Assembly: GCA_973895155.1 (NCBI GenBank)
Contig: OZ316897.1
Coordinates: 1,018,515-1,082,514 of the forward strand
Source: Marsupella aquatica
Lineage: Eukaryota; Plantae; Marchantiophyta
Direction of reading: 5' to 3'
Length of the DNA stretch: 64,000 bases
Below are positions 1-24,324 of this stretch, in pieces; the stretch's first letter is position 1, and each line of letters starts with the position of its first letter. The position numbers were made by a program, and so were the translations under genes. The notes beneath the pieces were generated by a model that ran no database searches, was not told the origin of the DNA, and was given only the letters and a program-made list of their open reading frames with translations.

Positions 1-37
1 TCTTGATTCAGTCAATCGGTTGTGATCGAACGAGCAG

Positions 38-10419
<10,382 letters not shown>

Positions 10420-13400
10420 AAAATGAGAATTTGCTTAGAGCTGTGTCTTCCACATTGTTGGATATGATGCCCAAGACGCTAGCCTGCCATTTCCATGTTG
10501 CCCTTTTTCCTTGACTCAACCACAAAGGCAGCCAATGGTGAATTGGATGCACTAGAATAGGTGAAAATGTAGTGGATTGGTCATCATCGGGAAACCTCAA
10601 AACTTGTGATTATTGTAAAACTCCTTTGCCCTCACCAACATTGGAAATTAAATCAACCCTACTCCGCTCCAAGGATTTATTTCCCAAATTTCCCACTGGA
10701 AAAACGTTTTGGTGCTTGTACTTGGCTCCAATGTGGACTAAGGGCGTTTCTGGGTAGAGTGCAGGGCTATTGAGGAGGATTTATTAAAATTACCATTGGA
10801 ATGAATATGTGAATATAGTAACATCAATCACAGGGTATTGTGGGCCATAATGCCCCCAAACATGAGTACTTTAGTACAAATATTGAGGGCTATTATTTCT
10901 CCCGAGCCCTATGCCAGTGCTTTGCACTGTGCAAGGAGGGCCGGCCCATAGGGATCGGTCCAGGGCAGTGGGAAGCACACATGTCTCAAGGGTGCACATT
11001 TTTCCCATCAATGATCAAGGAAACAGCTAATCGAATCCAACAATTGTGAATCTTTCCGGCCTAGGAGTTTTTTTGTATTGGGATGAAGGACAGAAAAGGC
11101 GGGATCCCTTATTATAGTTGTAGATAATGCTATTGTGACAGGACAATCATTAATACACTTAAATCTATGATTTTCTGTTTTTAACTATTTTTAGTAAACC
11201 TATAGGTTCATTTTTTTAATGTAAGTGTTGAATGTGTCATACACAAATATTTGAACCTTCCATTTGTGTCCATCATGGTATTGCATGTCCATCCAGGCAT
11301 CATGTCAAATAATTGTGTCCATTCAAGCTTCCACTTTGTATAATAGTAAAGTGCAAGGTAATACAAAATTCAATTCAAATTATTATTATAGCCAGTACTT
11401 TGATGATGTGCCATAGGCTCATTCTTGTGGTAAATAACATAAACTGTTCACCTTAATTAGTGTGATTATAAGTTAGTGTTCATCACGCTAATTTTGTGCT
11501 AAACTAATTCCGTGTGCATGAATTAGTGTTACTGTGGTCTCAAGAGTGGAAAATAGAGGGGGGAAACTATTCTGAAAAATCCAAAAGAATTAGTGTTCGA
11601 TCTTTTGGACTCAAGATTATTCATTTACTGACAATTTAAACAAACTAAGTGTGTTGAGCATAGACTACAATCGTAACGACAAGCCCATGAACCATCCAAT
11701 GCACAAGTATCGACATCGAGAGATACGTGATTCACCTCCTCATGAGGCTACGTCCAAGGGAACACACAAGAGTTTTACTGCACTCTAGGCCAATCGACCA
11801 TATCAAACATCCACAGCACAAACTCTCCCTATCTTTCAAGTGGCTCCGTAATAATGAGCCTGAGTTCTTACTCTCCAAGCAAACACCGCTTGGGTATAGT
11901 GTGTGTGTAACATGACTAACCTAACCTAGTCTGCAACTAAGGTTAGCCCTAACTACGGTACAGTTATTACTCTAGATCTAAGAGTAAATCCTAGCAAGGT
12001 GGAAAAAAAATTGACTACAATTGGCCTCTAGGCAAGCTTCTAGAGTGCGCCTCTAGACTATAATTCTAGGGCCCCACCAAATGTATTTGGATGGATAGGT
12101 TGAGATATATTTATGTAAAGATGATGATGCATGCTTATTATGTCATCATCTCTATTGTCATTCAAAGAATGGGCTCGTATTAAAGATGCTTGCATGGATG
12201 TTCTGAAATGTTACTTGCTACTAAGGTAGCACCTTTTGTGTACAAATATTCACCCTTTTGGTGTGAAATTTGTCTGGTCCATCATAATCCACGGGTGTGG
12301 ACGTCCTGGTCCATACAGCATTAACTTCCTAAAGAAAGAATTGTGGACGGGCTAAAAAGTAGTGGTAATGATATTAGCCTGCTTTGCATACAAGCACTCT
12401 GATCAAAATTCTCCTGTTTTAAAAGGAAAACTGATGCTTGGATGATCCACACCTTTTGACCTCAAGATTCCAAGTGGCACCAGTACTTTTTTGACACACA
12501 AAAATGTAAGCATATTCCTTTGCACAAATAAAATAATGATACTAATGTATGGATAAAGGCAATCGACTGAACATTTTTCTTTTGAGTGATGAGGGGCATG
12601 CGAGACCCACACTCTGTTCAGCTGAGCTTGGGGTGGGTCTTTTTGTTGTACAGGGCCTGTGACCAAGGGTTTGGTCACACTAAATAACATGGTAACTCAT
12701 TTAGTTGTGCAAAACAAAAGGCACTCTATCACTGGAATTATTTCAAATTCCTTCGGAGCTCATCCATGTATTTCCCACCCTTCCTAAGCACTTAAAATAA
12801 GTTCATGGACCCTATGCTTTAATGCTTGTAAGGAGGCTAGTAATATACTTGTTAACTACTAGAATTAAGTGACACTGTCTGGACTTTCCTGCCTCTCTTT
12901 CATCTGATTGGTTGGAAGATGAGGTTCATCAAAAAGTTTTGGGAAGTTTTTAATTTTAATTTTAATTTTTTAAGTAGATCCCCAAGCTAGGCAGTAGCAG
13001 GGTAAATCTCAGCCCAAATGGACTTGAGCCAATAAATTTCTGGCTACAAACTCTTTTGATGCAGCTTAGGATGCTTACCTGCCCCAGTAGCACGAAAACA
13101 ACATTATGAAAAACTTTCAATGAATAACTAACTTAAAGCACTGTAGGTTCAAAGTGCACATTCACTGAAATAATCCAACGTCTAATCTCATCCATTGATC
13201 TAAGAAATCCAAAGACATTGCTGCATTGTTTCTTGTCACCCTTGTCCACCATCCGCCTAATATTTGTTATTTGCAGTTTTGGTTTTGACTTTTCTGATAG
13301 TTTTACGGTTCCAAAGCCCAACATTCTTGTTGGCCTCATGTGAGACACAAACAGTCGGTCTTTTTGTTATTGCAAACATCACAAACAAATCAAGATATCT

Positions 13401-14065
13401 AGAGGTATGAGGAAACCCCAAATTAAAAGAAAGTGAATCAAGTATTTGTCTTGTAATATTTCCGGCTCAAAAAGATTTTGATGTTAAAAAGAATCACTAA
13501 TAATTAAGCATCCTGTTTAGAGTCTGGATGAATTTGTGATGAACCCCCTTAATTAAGAGGAAAGCAATTCTCATGTTAAAAAGAATATTAATCATTCCTT
13601 CTTAGAGTTTAGGTGAATTGTTTATGAATCATCTTAAAATAGTTTTTAGTAGCTTGGTATCTGTGCCTTCTCCTCACTAATCATGGCTTGGTGGCCCCAC
13701 TTTTAAAGCTCTCCCCACATGACACTTTTTGTACACACATTTGTTTAGCTGCTAAAAAAACAAGTTATGAATTCCTTTCAAAAAAGTAGCGCTCTGGGCC
13801 TCCTTCTCATATAATGACTTTAGTGACACATACGAGAGAGGGAGAGAAAGAGGAAAGAAAGTGAGGGCATGTGGGGAGGGGGAAATTAGGGAGGGATGCA
13901 TTGTCAAACCACCTACAACGTGGGAACAACAACGATCGGCGCAATGACAACATAGTCGCAACAACTGCATGGTCAAAAGAACCTCATGGCTGCAACAACA
14001 CATTGGAAGTCCCAAATACTTTTTTTTGCCTCTCCTACATTTTGTTTCTTCACTTCAAGTATCTT

Positions 14066-14097
14066 GTGTGCAACGCACGCACACACATTGGGCTAGT
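14066..14097 (+). mobile_element. Possible Helitron 3' terminus (GC hairpin followed by CTAG|T)
   Basis: GTGTGCAACGCACGCACACACATTGGGCTAG|T closely resembles the minus-strand terminus at 50137-50160 (CGTGCACGCACTGCATTGGGCTAG|T). The 5' end was not located. Confidence 0.45.
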
Positions 14098-14471
14098 ATA
14101 TATATACTATTCATAAAATGAGCAAGATTGAAAAATAACAATACAAATCATGGGGCTTATGATAAGAAAATTGAAAACATTGTGAGGGGGGAAAGCTATT
14201 TCAAAATTCAATAATACAAAAGTCGCACCCTGTCTAAGACGAATTGAAACAAATATACACAACATATATCTTACTAAGACAAAGTAATCTGATTAGTGTC
14301 CCTAACAAGGTTACAAGAAGAACAAATGCAAAGTAACCCCCAAAACCTGGAAAGAACAAAAAATAAGAAATACTAATAAAAAGAGCTAATAGAGCAAAAG
14401 AAAACATGTTGGGGGTCTTTGGGACGTGATTTGTTTTTGTGGGCTGGGGGGAATGCACAATGGCCATTTGT

Positions 14472-14502
<31 letters not shown>

Positions 14503-16502
14503 GATTAAATAGGGGTGGAATTTTAAAAATATATAATTGGTACGGGTGAGGACTGGAGATTCTTGACAAAATTTAATAAATTGGAACTGGGAGAAGGGAG
14601 AGACTCCCTCTTTAGACTACATCCATGCTCATTTGCAGACTTTAATTACAACACAAGTGTAGATGTGTATCATTAGTTGATCATCACACTATTGCAATGA
14701 TATTTTTTTTCCTTCCTACTTGTTGTCTTCTCCTAGGTCTTTGGGGTTTTGCACTTGCCCTCTTCTTTGTTGGAGATCTAATCTGACAACATGACAATAA
14801 TAAGAACCAACATACAACAATGCCATCAGTCGCCGACAAAGAGAGTACTTGTAAGCATAACATGTACATGCAGCTCCACAAGCTCCACTATGACCTGGCC
14901 TCTCTCACCCTCCATGGTCTTTGCACACATAAGACTGCACTCTCAAATGTGGGTGCACATTTAGGGGAGAGATGATCCCAAAGGGCACAAACCTACTAAA
15001 AGGGGGAAATGAAGGGAAAAAAACCAGGAAAGCCTAAGAGCCAAGAAGCCAAGAATAAAAAAGTCCAAGAGCCCCAACAACAAAGAACTAAAGCCGTTGT
15101 ACTGAACCACAAACTGAAACGCATGGTAGAGATATGCGGTGAAGTGCATAGGAGGGTCACAAAGAGGAGTTTGACTAAAATGATGCCCTTGTACTTTGTT
15201 TGGCCCTTTCCATTAAATTGATGCTTTTTCTTCCCTTTTAAAAAGAGAGAGAACAAATGTACTCAAAAGAGCCGACAAAATACAAGATTAGAATAGAAAG
15301 AGAAAAACATCCGACTAGGACAAGGAAAAACTGTTATTATATTACTCACCAGGAGTATCAAACATTCCAACAAGCCTCGACTCCTACTCTAGTGAGCAGC
15401 TGTTTGCATGACCTTGAGGTCAAGCTGTCATGTGCTGAGAAAACACTTGTCCACTCCTCGATCCGAGTGAGTACCTCCAAGTCCATACCCAATTCCACTT
15501 GTGCACTCCGCAAGCTCCCTCCCAGACTGGATCGATCGAGGATCTTCCGCTTCCTTTTCACCCAATTCCCGTTATGCTGCTCTGTCAGTAGAACATCTCC
15601 TGGGAGAGGTTGGCATGTGGTTGGCATGCGGGACACGTATCTCTTCACTCTGTCTGCATCCCAATCCCCACTCTATGACTCAGCAGCTCAAGTGTAGTAC
15701 AGTACTGAGGTTGGTCCCTCCTCTCAGCAACCCATCAAAATTTTGACAGATCTTTGCATTTGTTGCTCCTCTGCTGAATCAGCTCGTGCCGGGCTGTGCT
15801 CGCTGCTCTCTGTCAATGCACCAGTAAGGTGTCAACGAAATTTTCAACTCGTGTGGAGGTGATGATGGGCCCAAGTTCCATGTGCACGGTTGCATTTAAG
15901 TTCATCAGGGAACTGAGAGGAGTGTTACTTTTGAATTGCTTGTCGGATGAGCAGGAGCTAGGTGAGAGGCTATGAATGGTTGCCATGGCAGGGAAGGACA
16001 TCTACGTCCTATCGAGCGCTTCCTGCTCAGATAGAGGTTGTGATCAGTTCAGCACGAATATGAGATGAATGTCAATATTAAATTGAGTGTTAGATGGGGA
16101 GGAGCTTAGTGTGGAAGTTCGAAATGATTGTCAGAGAGCGTCCTAATGAGCAGTTCCTACTAAGATGGAGATTGTCACCATTCTTTTGTATTCCAGAGTT
16201 TGTGCTGACAAGAACATGCGTTGTAGGTCATTTCAATGTAATCCGCACACTGACGCGCAGTTCTTGTTATTGTGGAAATTGTGCTCATTGTTTGGTTGGG
16301 GATTATGGAAGTTAAGACATGCGTTCTCCTTTTCGTCTGACAGGCTTTTTCCATTGAAGGGCCAACAAGGGAGCTCCTCAAAAGAAGTTGACTGAAAGTA
16401 GGTGCAAAGGACATGATCTGTCACTCAATGAGGCGCTGCTAATTGGACGTCAGGAGGGTCCGAATTCCTGACTTGGGTGTTTGGATTATTCCACGTAACC
16501 GG

Positions 16503-19500
16503 ATGGGGATGGAACATCATTCAGAAGGCTTAGATATCCAGAAGGTGCAAAAGTTGTTGGCAATACTATGGCTAATGGCAGGGGCGCCGCTCATTGTGGC
16601 AGCGCTGCCAATTCCGGCACTGGAGCCTTTGCGTAAGTGTCTTTTCCCTTTTATCAGGCGAGGGAAGCTGCTGCGATCAAACGAGTCTGCTGGGAAGGGT
16701 CTGCAGGTCGGAATTGCCTTTCACCTCTTTTCTCGGACTCTTCCGAATTGGAAATGTAGATCTTGCTCTTTTTCACCCTCGCTCTCTGTTTTCGAGAATG
16801 TGGTGAATATTTCTACTTCGGTCCCTACGATATGATTCCAGCACTTCTTTGGTTCCTATCATCAGAAATTATTGCTAGGCTTTGGTCTAATTTTCCGATT
16901 CGTTCGGGTTCTAGTCGTTCGTGCTGGATCTCATTCATTAGGTTATCTTTATTGCTTCTCTGTTCTAAAATTCATACTCTTCCTATTTTTGCCGTGGTGC
17001 TACTTGCCCCAATTGGCGACCTGTAGACTCTAATCAATACTTTTCGTCGATGATACACGTAGGCATGGTCACTCACTTTCTTGATTTAGGCTCACGGACT
17101 ATGAAATTCTACACATACTAGTCGCTCTCGCTCGAAGGTCTATCCATTTGGTTGATCCTGCTCACCCACGGTAGACATAGAAGGCTACAGTTTATCCCAA
17201 TGTGGTTGCTCAAGGATACTAGCATTGAATTTTACCATCTAGTTACTCTCCAGGGAGTAGTCAATTCGTTCCCCACATTGAACGATGAAGGAGCACATCT
17301 TATGGGAATTTGTTTTTCGGGTTCCTTGGAAAGGCTAGTAAAGGTTATCCGCTGTGCTTGGATGAATCACAATGGCCTTCTTGCGTTGATTTATTTAGTC
17401 AGGTCCCCTTCATTCCATATGCTTAGGAGTCCTGAATTGAAAGGAATCTAATGGAACAGCAACAGACGCCTGTACTCAGCTTTGTCACCACAACTCATTG
17501 GAAATTAAAATGGTGTTTGTATCAACCATTATTGTCAGTCGAAGAAAAATAACTTCCCTGCAATGTGGGTACCCCAATTTCTGCAGAAGCTTACTGTGCC
17601 TCAGAGTTTCTTCTCGCACTTTTATGTGCTGGGTTTGACTTGGACGACTGCTCTGTTTTTCACTGCCGTCGGATTTGCTATGACGTACTCAAGACCAGCA
17701 CCCGAGGAGCATAATCTATCAGCACTGGCATCTCAGCTGATTGATGCCACGAAGTCCGATTTGCTTGGGGGCGCTACTACCAGGGGCTTGGGAAAATATG
17801 GCAAAGAAGCATGGAGGCTGGTGTTTTTGCTGCTATTGTTCCAAATCCACCTCACTCGTCGGCTCTATGAATGCCTATTTGTGTCCTCGTTCGACCCTGC
17901 CGCACGCATGAATATATTTGGCTATATAATGGCACTCGGGTAATCTAATTCACTGCTCATATGGCTATCGATCTATCTGGATATGGGCAAATGATGCAGT
18001 AGTTCGGCACGTCAAGTTTCTAGATTCTGTTTGGTTGATTCGTGTCACACACGAATTAAAACATCAGGTCACACTCCGGTCCTGTGGTCAAGTTGAGTTC
18101 CTCTGCACCATAAATTTAATTCGTATTCACCACAAATAGCCAGATTGAAATCCCTACCACTGTCAAAGATGTGGTTATGAAGGTGATCAAGGGTGGAGTT
18201 CTTTACATTTCCCTCAGGTCATGGCAACGCCTCGCACTGTCATCGTGGTCGATCTGTCGCTCTGTCAATGCTCCTCTAAAGTGGCTCGGTAGACCTGACA
18301 AGAATGAGTGATGGGACGTGGATGTCCCATCCTAGTTCCCAGCCCATCCGCACTCTTGAGTGAGCATCTTCCAGAGGTGATAAGGTAACCGGATCTGTGT
18401 GAAGTCCATGTGACGCTGATACTACGCAGACATCAGATGTGGACATGACTTCGTTTGATGCTACCAAGTTATAAGATGTGAAAGTATTTCGAAGAAACCA
18501 AACTGTTATCTGTGATCAGAGCCTTTGTTGGAAAAATATATTACCTTTTTTTTTGCTCGTATCTGAGATGTTCGCACAGGAACGATTTGTCCTCAAAAAC
18601 TCATTCTGGGGAGTTCATTGTGTGTTTCAGGTATTATACAGCGGTGCCTTTGACGCTCTTTCTCCAAGCCTTTCGAGACGAGGGGTTTGTCGACGCATTC
18701 AAAGGTTTTCTAAAACAAAAACTAATAGGACACAAGCTACTCCTGACGGATGTACCAAATCCATGGGACATGATGTACTTCCTCCAGAGAATTGGATGGC
18801 TGTGTTTTGTGGGGGCTGCTGTATGCCTTTATGGATCAGTCCACCAACATACATGCCATGAGATACTGGTGAGTCTCCTTTGAGCCTGCATTTTCTCCTG
18901 TGAAGCCAACCTCCTAGTTCGTCTCAGGGTTTCATCTACTTAACGTGGCTTGGTTCCAATATCTGACTCAGAAGAATTGCTACTCTGACTCTGTTCGTTG
19001 TACCTGGGGATGCAGGCCTCACTTCGGCCTGACGATAAACCCGCAATGTCCAACAAATATGGAATCCCCCGAGGAGACTGGTTTGAGCTGGTGTCAAGTG
19101 CTCATTACTTGGCAGAGATTGTAAGTCTTACTAATTTAGATCCTTACCATGTGTTTACTGTAATTTCTCGTGTCAAGGAGACGAGTATACCTTTTTGTTG
19201 CCAAAAGGGTACTTGCCTCGAAATGACCGCTGGCATTGTAAGTTCTATTTTTTGAACAGTAGTGTCTCTAAGCAGGAAATGTTTGCTTTAGGATTCAGTA
19301 CTTCATCGCGTGTAGTGCCCGGTGTAGTGACGAAATTTTAACAAAAGAACTGGAGTCTGGTGGGAGAAACTGCAATGGAATATGACGTTCCTGATTCTAA
19401 GAGTATCAGCATCAGGTGCCTCAGGAAATTGTGAGATTATCTTTCAAAGATGTGGGTATTTTACCCTGTAGCTGTGGCTCGAGAAATGAACGACTAACTA

Positions 19501-19988
19501 TCTGGTGTGGAACTATCAGGTGACCTATGCTGGCCTACTGATTGCCAGTGGTGGGACAAATCCTGTTATGTGGATTTTGTTCCTCAGCGTTGTAAGTGTT
19601 TCTCCGCATGTCCAATTCACTACGTCAGTTGTGGCCAGTTACCATTAAAGACAGTCCGTGATGCTAGTTTTCTACATTAGGTACTTTCTAGAAGTGAGCT
19701 AAGAAAATAATCAGAATGCTCACAAGAAACAAAGAAGAAGACATCGTGAAAGCACAAGGAAGGAAATGCGAATGCAATTAAAAGTTCTCAATCGACCATG
19801 CTATTCGAGATGCGGTTGAACTGTACAGCTTTCTAATTAGTCGTGGCTTCTCTTTACTGCAGGTGGCAAATCTTTACTTGATTGCAAAGCCTACCCATGA
19901 GTGGTACCTTTCGAAGTTTGAGGACTACCCAAGAACAAGGCATGCACTTTTCCCTTCCTACAAGCAAATCAAAGCCGCGAAAAGCTGA
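16503..19988 (+). CDS. PPRD: Polyprenol reductase (steroid 5-alpha-reductase family, SRD5A3/DFG10-like)
   Basis: Exons 16503-16706, 17587-17939, 18631-18868, 19016-19120, 19520-19591, 19863-19988 join in frame. Motifs RGKL, LTVPQSFFSHFY, HLTRRLYEC, HQHTCHEILASLR, YGIPRGDWFELVSSAHYLAEI, THEWYLSKFEDYPRTRHALFP. Start could be ATG 16503 or 16509. Confidence 0.92.
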
Positions 19989-22900
19989 GGGCACAAAGTC
20001 ATATAATCTTTGGATGATGATTTCACCTACAATAGGGGGAGAATTTATCACGCTAAAGGGTCAAGGCACCACCTCAGTTGTCAGCAGTGTTGCCTTTTTT
20101 GCTCCGCTGCAACCAGCTTTGCCTGACATAGGCTTTGCTCAGCGGGACGTTGTTGGCCGGGACGTCTAGTATCAAACCTTGGATTGTGGCCTTGTAGCAA
20201 GCTCTTCTTCTAGACAAACCTCCTTGAATTCAGTTCGAAAGACATTGCTAATCCTTCTGTGATGCAAAGCACTTCATGAGCTCGCTACCTCGCTGACCTC
20301 TGATATGTACATATGCATGTTCAGGTTCGGTCAAATGTAATGTGAATTCATCAAACTATATTCAGCCTCTAAGAAGTTGGCGTAATGCTCATCGAGGAAT
20401 GTTTTGGTTATTTTGGCTTGATTGGAAGTTGCAATTAAAAACCTTTTCCATTCGGCCGTCGTGCTTGACTGCTTGTTTGGGGATCGGTAACTCAACATCA
20501 CTTCAAATAACTGTTTCATATCGACTTTGTGGGGGAGTTAGTTGTCTGATTTCGTTGTGACTGTGAACAAGCTATCCTCCATATTAAGAGATTAGAATTT
20601 TTTTCTGTGCATGGGTCGGTGTGGTAAGGATCCCTTTGACAACCTTGCACCAAATGAGAGCGGCTAACAGTGGGACCTGACAGTATTTCTCTGCATCTTA
20701 AGGATGGAAAGGTCCAAGACCCCTCGCAAGTCTTGCCATGGCAGTCATGACAAGTTCTCATTGCGGTTCAGTGTTGTGTTGTGAACAAAACTACGTTCGA
20801 TCCCACCTGACGTTAACATCTACGGGTGCAAAATCTAACCAACTCAAGGATTTCTCTCCTTGTTCGATTTGTATCGATATTGCATCATGAGTCCTCCAAT
20901 AAATTTAGTGGAACCATAAGAGTAGTACTCCAGAGCCTCTAGTCCTATTCTGACCCTGATCTAGATTTGTGAAGCGCACGCCACGTGAAAATTTCCTTGT
21001 GCGCACAAATCAAGTGCAAAGGCTAGTACATGAAAGGGAAGCATCCCAAGGAATGCCAAATACCCGACAAATGATCAAAACCAACCAGCTAGAATAGATA
21101 CAAGCAAGGCAAGTGTACTTAATCTATGGACATCGCAATGCTGCATAAAGTAAACAGGGAATCAATTTATGTTCGAGTGCAGAGCACAAGACCTCCTTGT
21201 CAAAGCTTTCGTCACAGTACAATCAAGGAGTAGACACGGAGTAGACACAAAGAAACTAGAAAAAGGGGAAGAGGCACACAAAATATATATATCAAACTGC
21301 CAAAAAGCAGGGGGCGTAGCAGGGGGCGTTTAACCACGCAGGAGGCGCTGAAACCACAAGCCAAAAACCCATTCAAGGGGGAACAAGAAAAAGGCTAAAA
21401 GCGGATAAGCAGAAAAGACCAGGCACTAGCCCGGTGCAATGAAACAAAAGCCACAAAAACTGAAACTCTACCTATTTGCAAACTGATGAGCCTGGTAGAG
21501 CTTGGGCGTAAACTGCATAGGAGGGTCAAGCAAAGGAATCCAACTAGATGCCCAGATTGCAATAGCCTCTCCCCTATGGAGACAGGGGAGGGAGGATGAT
21601 AGAGGTGGATTTGTCCAATACAAACCTCACACTTGCCCCTCATCCTCCCACCCTTAGCTAGTACTTTTTGTAAACAATCGCACAAAGTCCAACCATGATC
21701 TACCCAGTAAATTTGACGTTTATGACAATTGCCAAAGACTACAAAGGGAAGCTAAAATTATTTATTATAATGTCAAGTAGGTCATTCTGCCACTTTTTTG
21801 TGTGAAAGCCCAGACACAGGAGAAAAAGACTTGATGAGCTCCTCCAGGGAAAGAAACCCATCAATGTGCCCCTACTAGCTTTCAAAAATGATTGCTAGGC
21901 CCTCTTTCTCATCACGGGTGTGGTCACTATTGTGGTCAGGGATCCTTGACTCCAACAATCATAGTACAACTGCACCAAGTACTCTAATCAACCTCTGAAT
22001 GTACTACTCCTGATGTGCTCGTGCACCATACTCTGGTACTCTGCAACATTACAGTCTCTCCAAACACAATTTGATAGTGGGCCATGGGGCACTCTATTCA
22101 AATTGTGCGCTTGCGGCATTGTGTTTGAGTTTTGACTATCTGCTTTAGTTTCTTAAAAACTTGCATGACATTGTCCTCAAATGTTGGCTAATTTGGTAAA
22201 TATTGGCTAGTTTGGCTAAATTGGCAAGAAAATTTAAGATACCCATAGTTTCATGGAATAGTCTTGGAATATTCCTAGTTTTGGCTAAAAACTCCTATGA
22301 TTCTTATAATTTTCAAAACTGCATCAAGACACCAATAATATTCTTTCACAAAAATTTGTGAGTTTTCCACTAAATCCAATAAGCCCTATACTTTTTGTGT
22401 ATGATAGGTCAAAAGTAAATATTAAGTGATTGGGGAACTCCTATGATTCTTATAATTTTCTTAATATCTTTTGTGTAACAAGTTCCTTTACGCAACCACA
22501 TCTTTTCCGCAAATGACATATTTTATCCAAACAACATCTATTGCGCAACACTCAAGTATTAAGCTAGTCTTGCATGATTATTGTTGCTTGGTGCGCAGGT
22601 TTAAGAGATGTCATTGAAATCTTTAGTCAGCAATGATGCCCTCCACAAATGTAAGAACTAGAAGACAACAAACTACTAACACGTTGCTTGAGCTTTAAAC
22701 ATATTGAGCTTGACCATATTTGATCCACTGGTTCACTTAGAGTGTCTTGGAACCCTTCCCTTTTCCTTTAAACATTTTAAATTTTTAGAACTTTGGGGGC
22801 CACGCAAACCCCATGGCCGGGGTGAAACAATCAGAAAAGTAGCCACAATAACCAGCACAGAAAATTGCAGCCAAGCACCATCACACACAGATGCAATCGG

Positions 22901-23655
22901 CTAGCAAACAGCACCCATACCATGTAATCCTACCAGCCATCCAGGCAAAGCAAACCAGCCTATCAGCCATAACAAACTTATCCAACCACAATCCAGCAGT
23001 CCATCCAGCCTGCTGTCCCACATTAAGTCTTTCTATACTATCCTGATGTGATCCAGCAGTCCCTACGCCTCAACCATGTGAGCCTCTCCACGTTTATCAT
23101 CTCTTTCACCCGCAGCAACCTAGTCTGTCGGTTGCTCGCTGGCAGTGTAAGCCCGACTGCTGTAACATGATCCACCGCCTCCGAGAGAATGAATCGAATG
23201 TCAATCCTCCGGGCCCCGCCCTGCTTAAACATATGCTCATTACGGCCCAACCAAAGAATCCACAATATCTGATATAAGACAAACATTTTAACTACCTTCC
23301 TGTAATCTTTGCCCATCGCAGAATTTATCATCCCAAGCAGCCCCCTAGTATGATCAGCAAATATGCCCTCAAAGCTTTGAGAACATAGCAGCCAACATCG
23401 CTGTGCATGTTGGCAAGTCATGAACAAGTGTGGAATAGACTCCAGTGCTCTAGGACACAGCTTGCACTCGCTATTACCTTTTCCAATTTTGACCGCCCTA
23501 ACCCCAGTGAAGAGCCCAGACGCCACTACTCTCCACATAAATGTCTTAGCCCTCATAGACAAGTCCGAACCCCACAGTCCAGCCCAGCTTGCACTCCATT
23601 CTTCGCCCGTGTTAGCTATTCCCCATGTCCTGTTTAAACTCTGTAAATCTCCCAC

Positions 23656-23938
23656 TTCAGGGGTTTCACTTCCACAAAAATGGCATATCACGTGCGACGA
23701 AGGATAGGGTCATTTTATTGGTTCTAAAGGAAGACTTAAGAATTTTTGTAGAAGAACAATAGGGTCTTTTAAATTCAATTTTGAGACTTATAAGAACATT
23801 AGGGTCTTTTTAATCCAATTTTTGGAATATTCCAACTTTATAGGGGTTAAAAAACAATTTTTTCTTATATTTTAGGGGGTCCGAGGCCTAAAAATGTTGC
23901 AGGTGATGGGGAGGTCCCCATATAGTGAGACCCCCGAG
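23656..23938. mobile_element. 283-bp MITE with 15-bp TIRs and 8-bp TSD
   Basis: TSD TCTCCCAC at 23648-23655 and 23939-23946. Left end TTCAGGGGTTTCACT; reverse complement of right end CTCGGGGGTCTCACT (12/15, all differences transitions). AT-rich interior. Removal restores the LINE frame. Confidence 0.85.
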
Positions 23939-24324
23939 TCTCCCACCTCCTCTCTCAGCATCTGATAGGCTCTCTTGTTTGAGATTCTGAACACCCTTAG
24001 AGCTGCTGGGTTGTCAGTGTCGTATGCTAACAAAAGCAAATATCATCAAATATATGCTAAAAACTCGGTGTTTGTTCCCGTGGAAGAACAGGAATGGGAT
24101 GAAAAGATGTTTTAAAGTGTTTTGAGTGGTTTCAAGATGGTACTCAACATCTATAAGAAAAATAGGATCTTAAAACAAAACACAAGCAATTAATAAAAGA
24201 GGAACAAAAGTGACATTTGCTGAATTATAAGAGAATCTTAGAGCTTTTAGAGGTATAGTTTAGCAATATTTAACTCCGTCACCATGTCTTAAGAAAGAGC
24301 TATGGCATTATTTGAGACGTTGAT

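Noticed and set aside
11650-12290. Possible solo LTR beginning TGTTG
   Set aside because: No matching CA end with a TSD and no second copy in the window.
15349-16001. Coding-like minus-strand segment ending at a GTGAG donor
   Set aside because: Several stops and frameshifts and no family recognised; may be a decayed gene fragment but cannot be supported.
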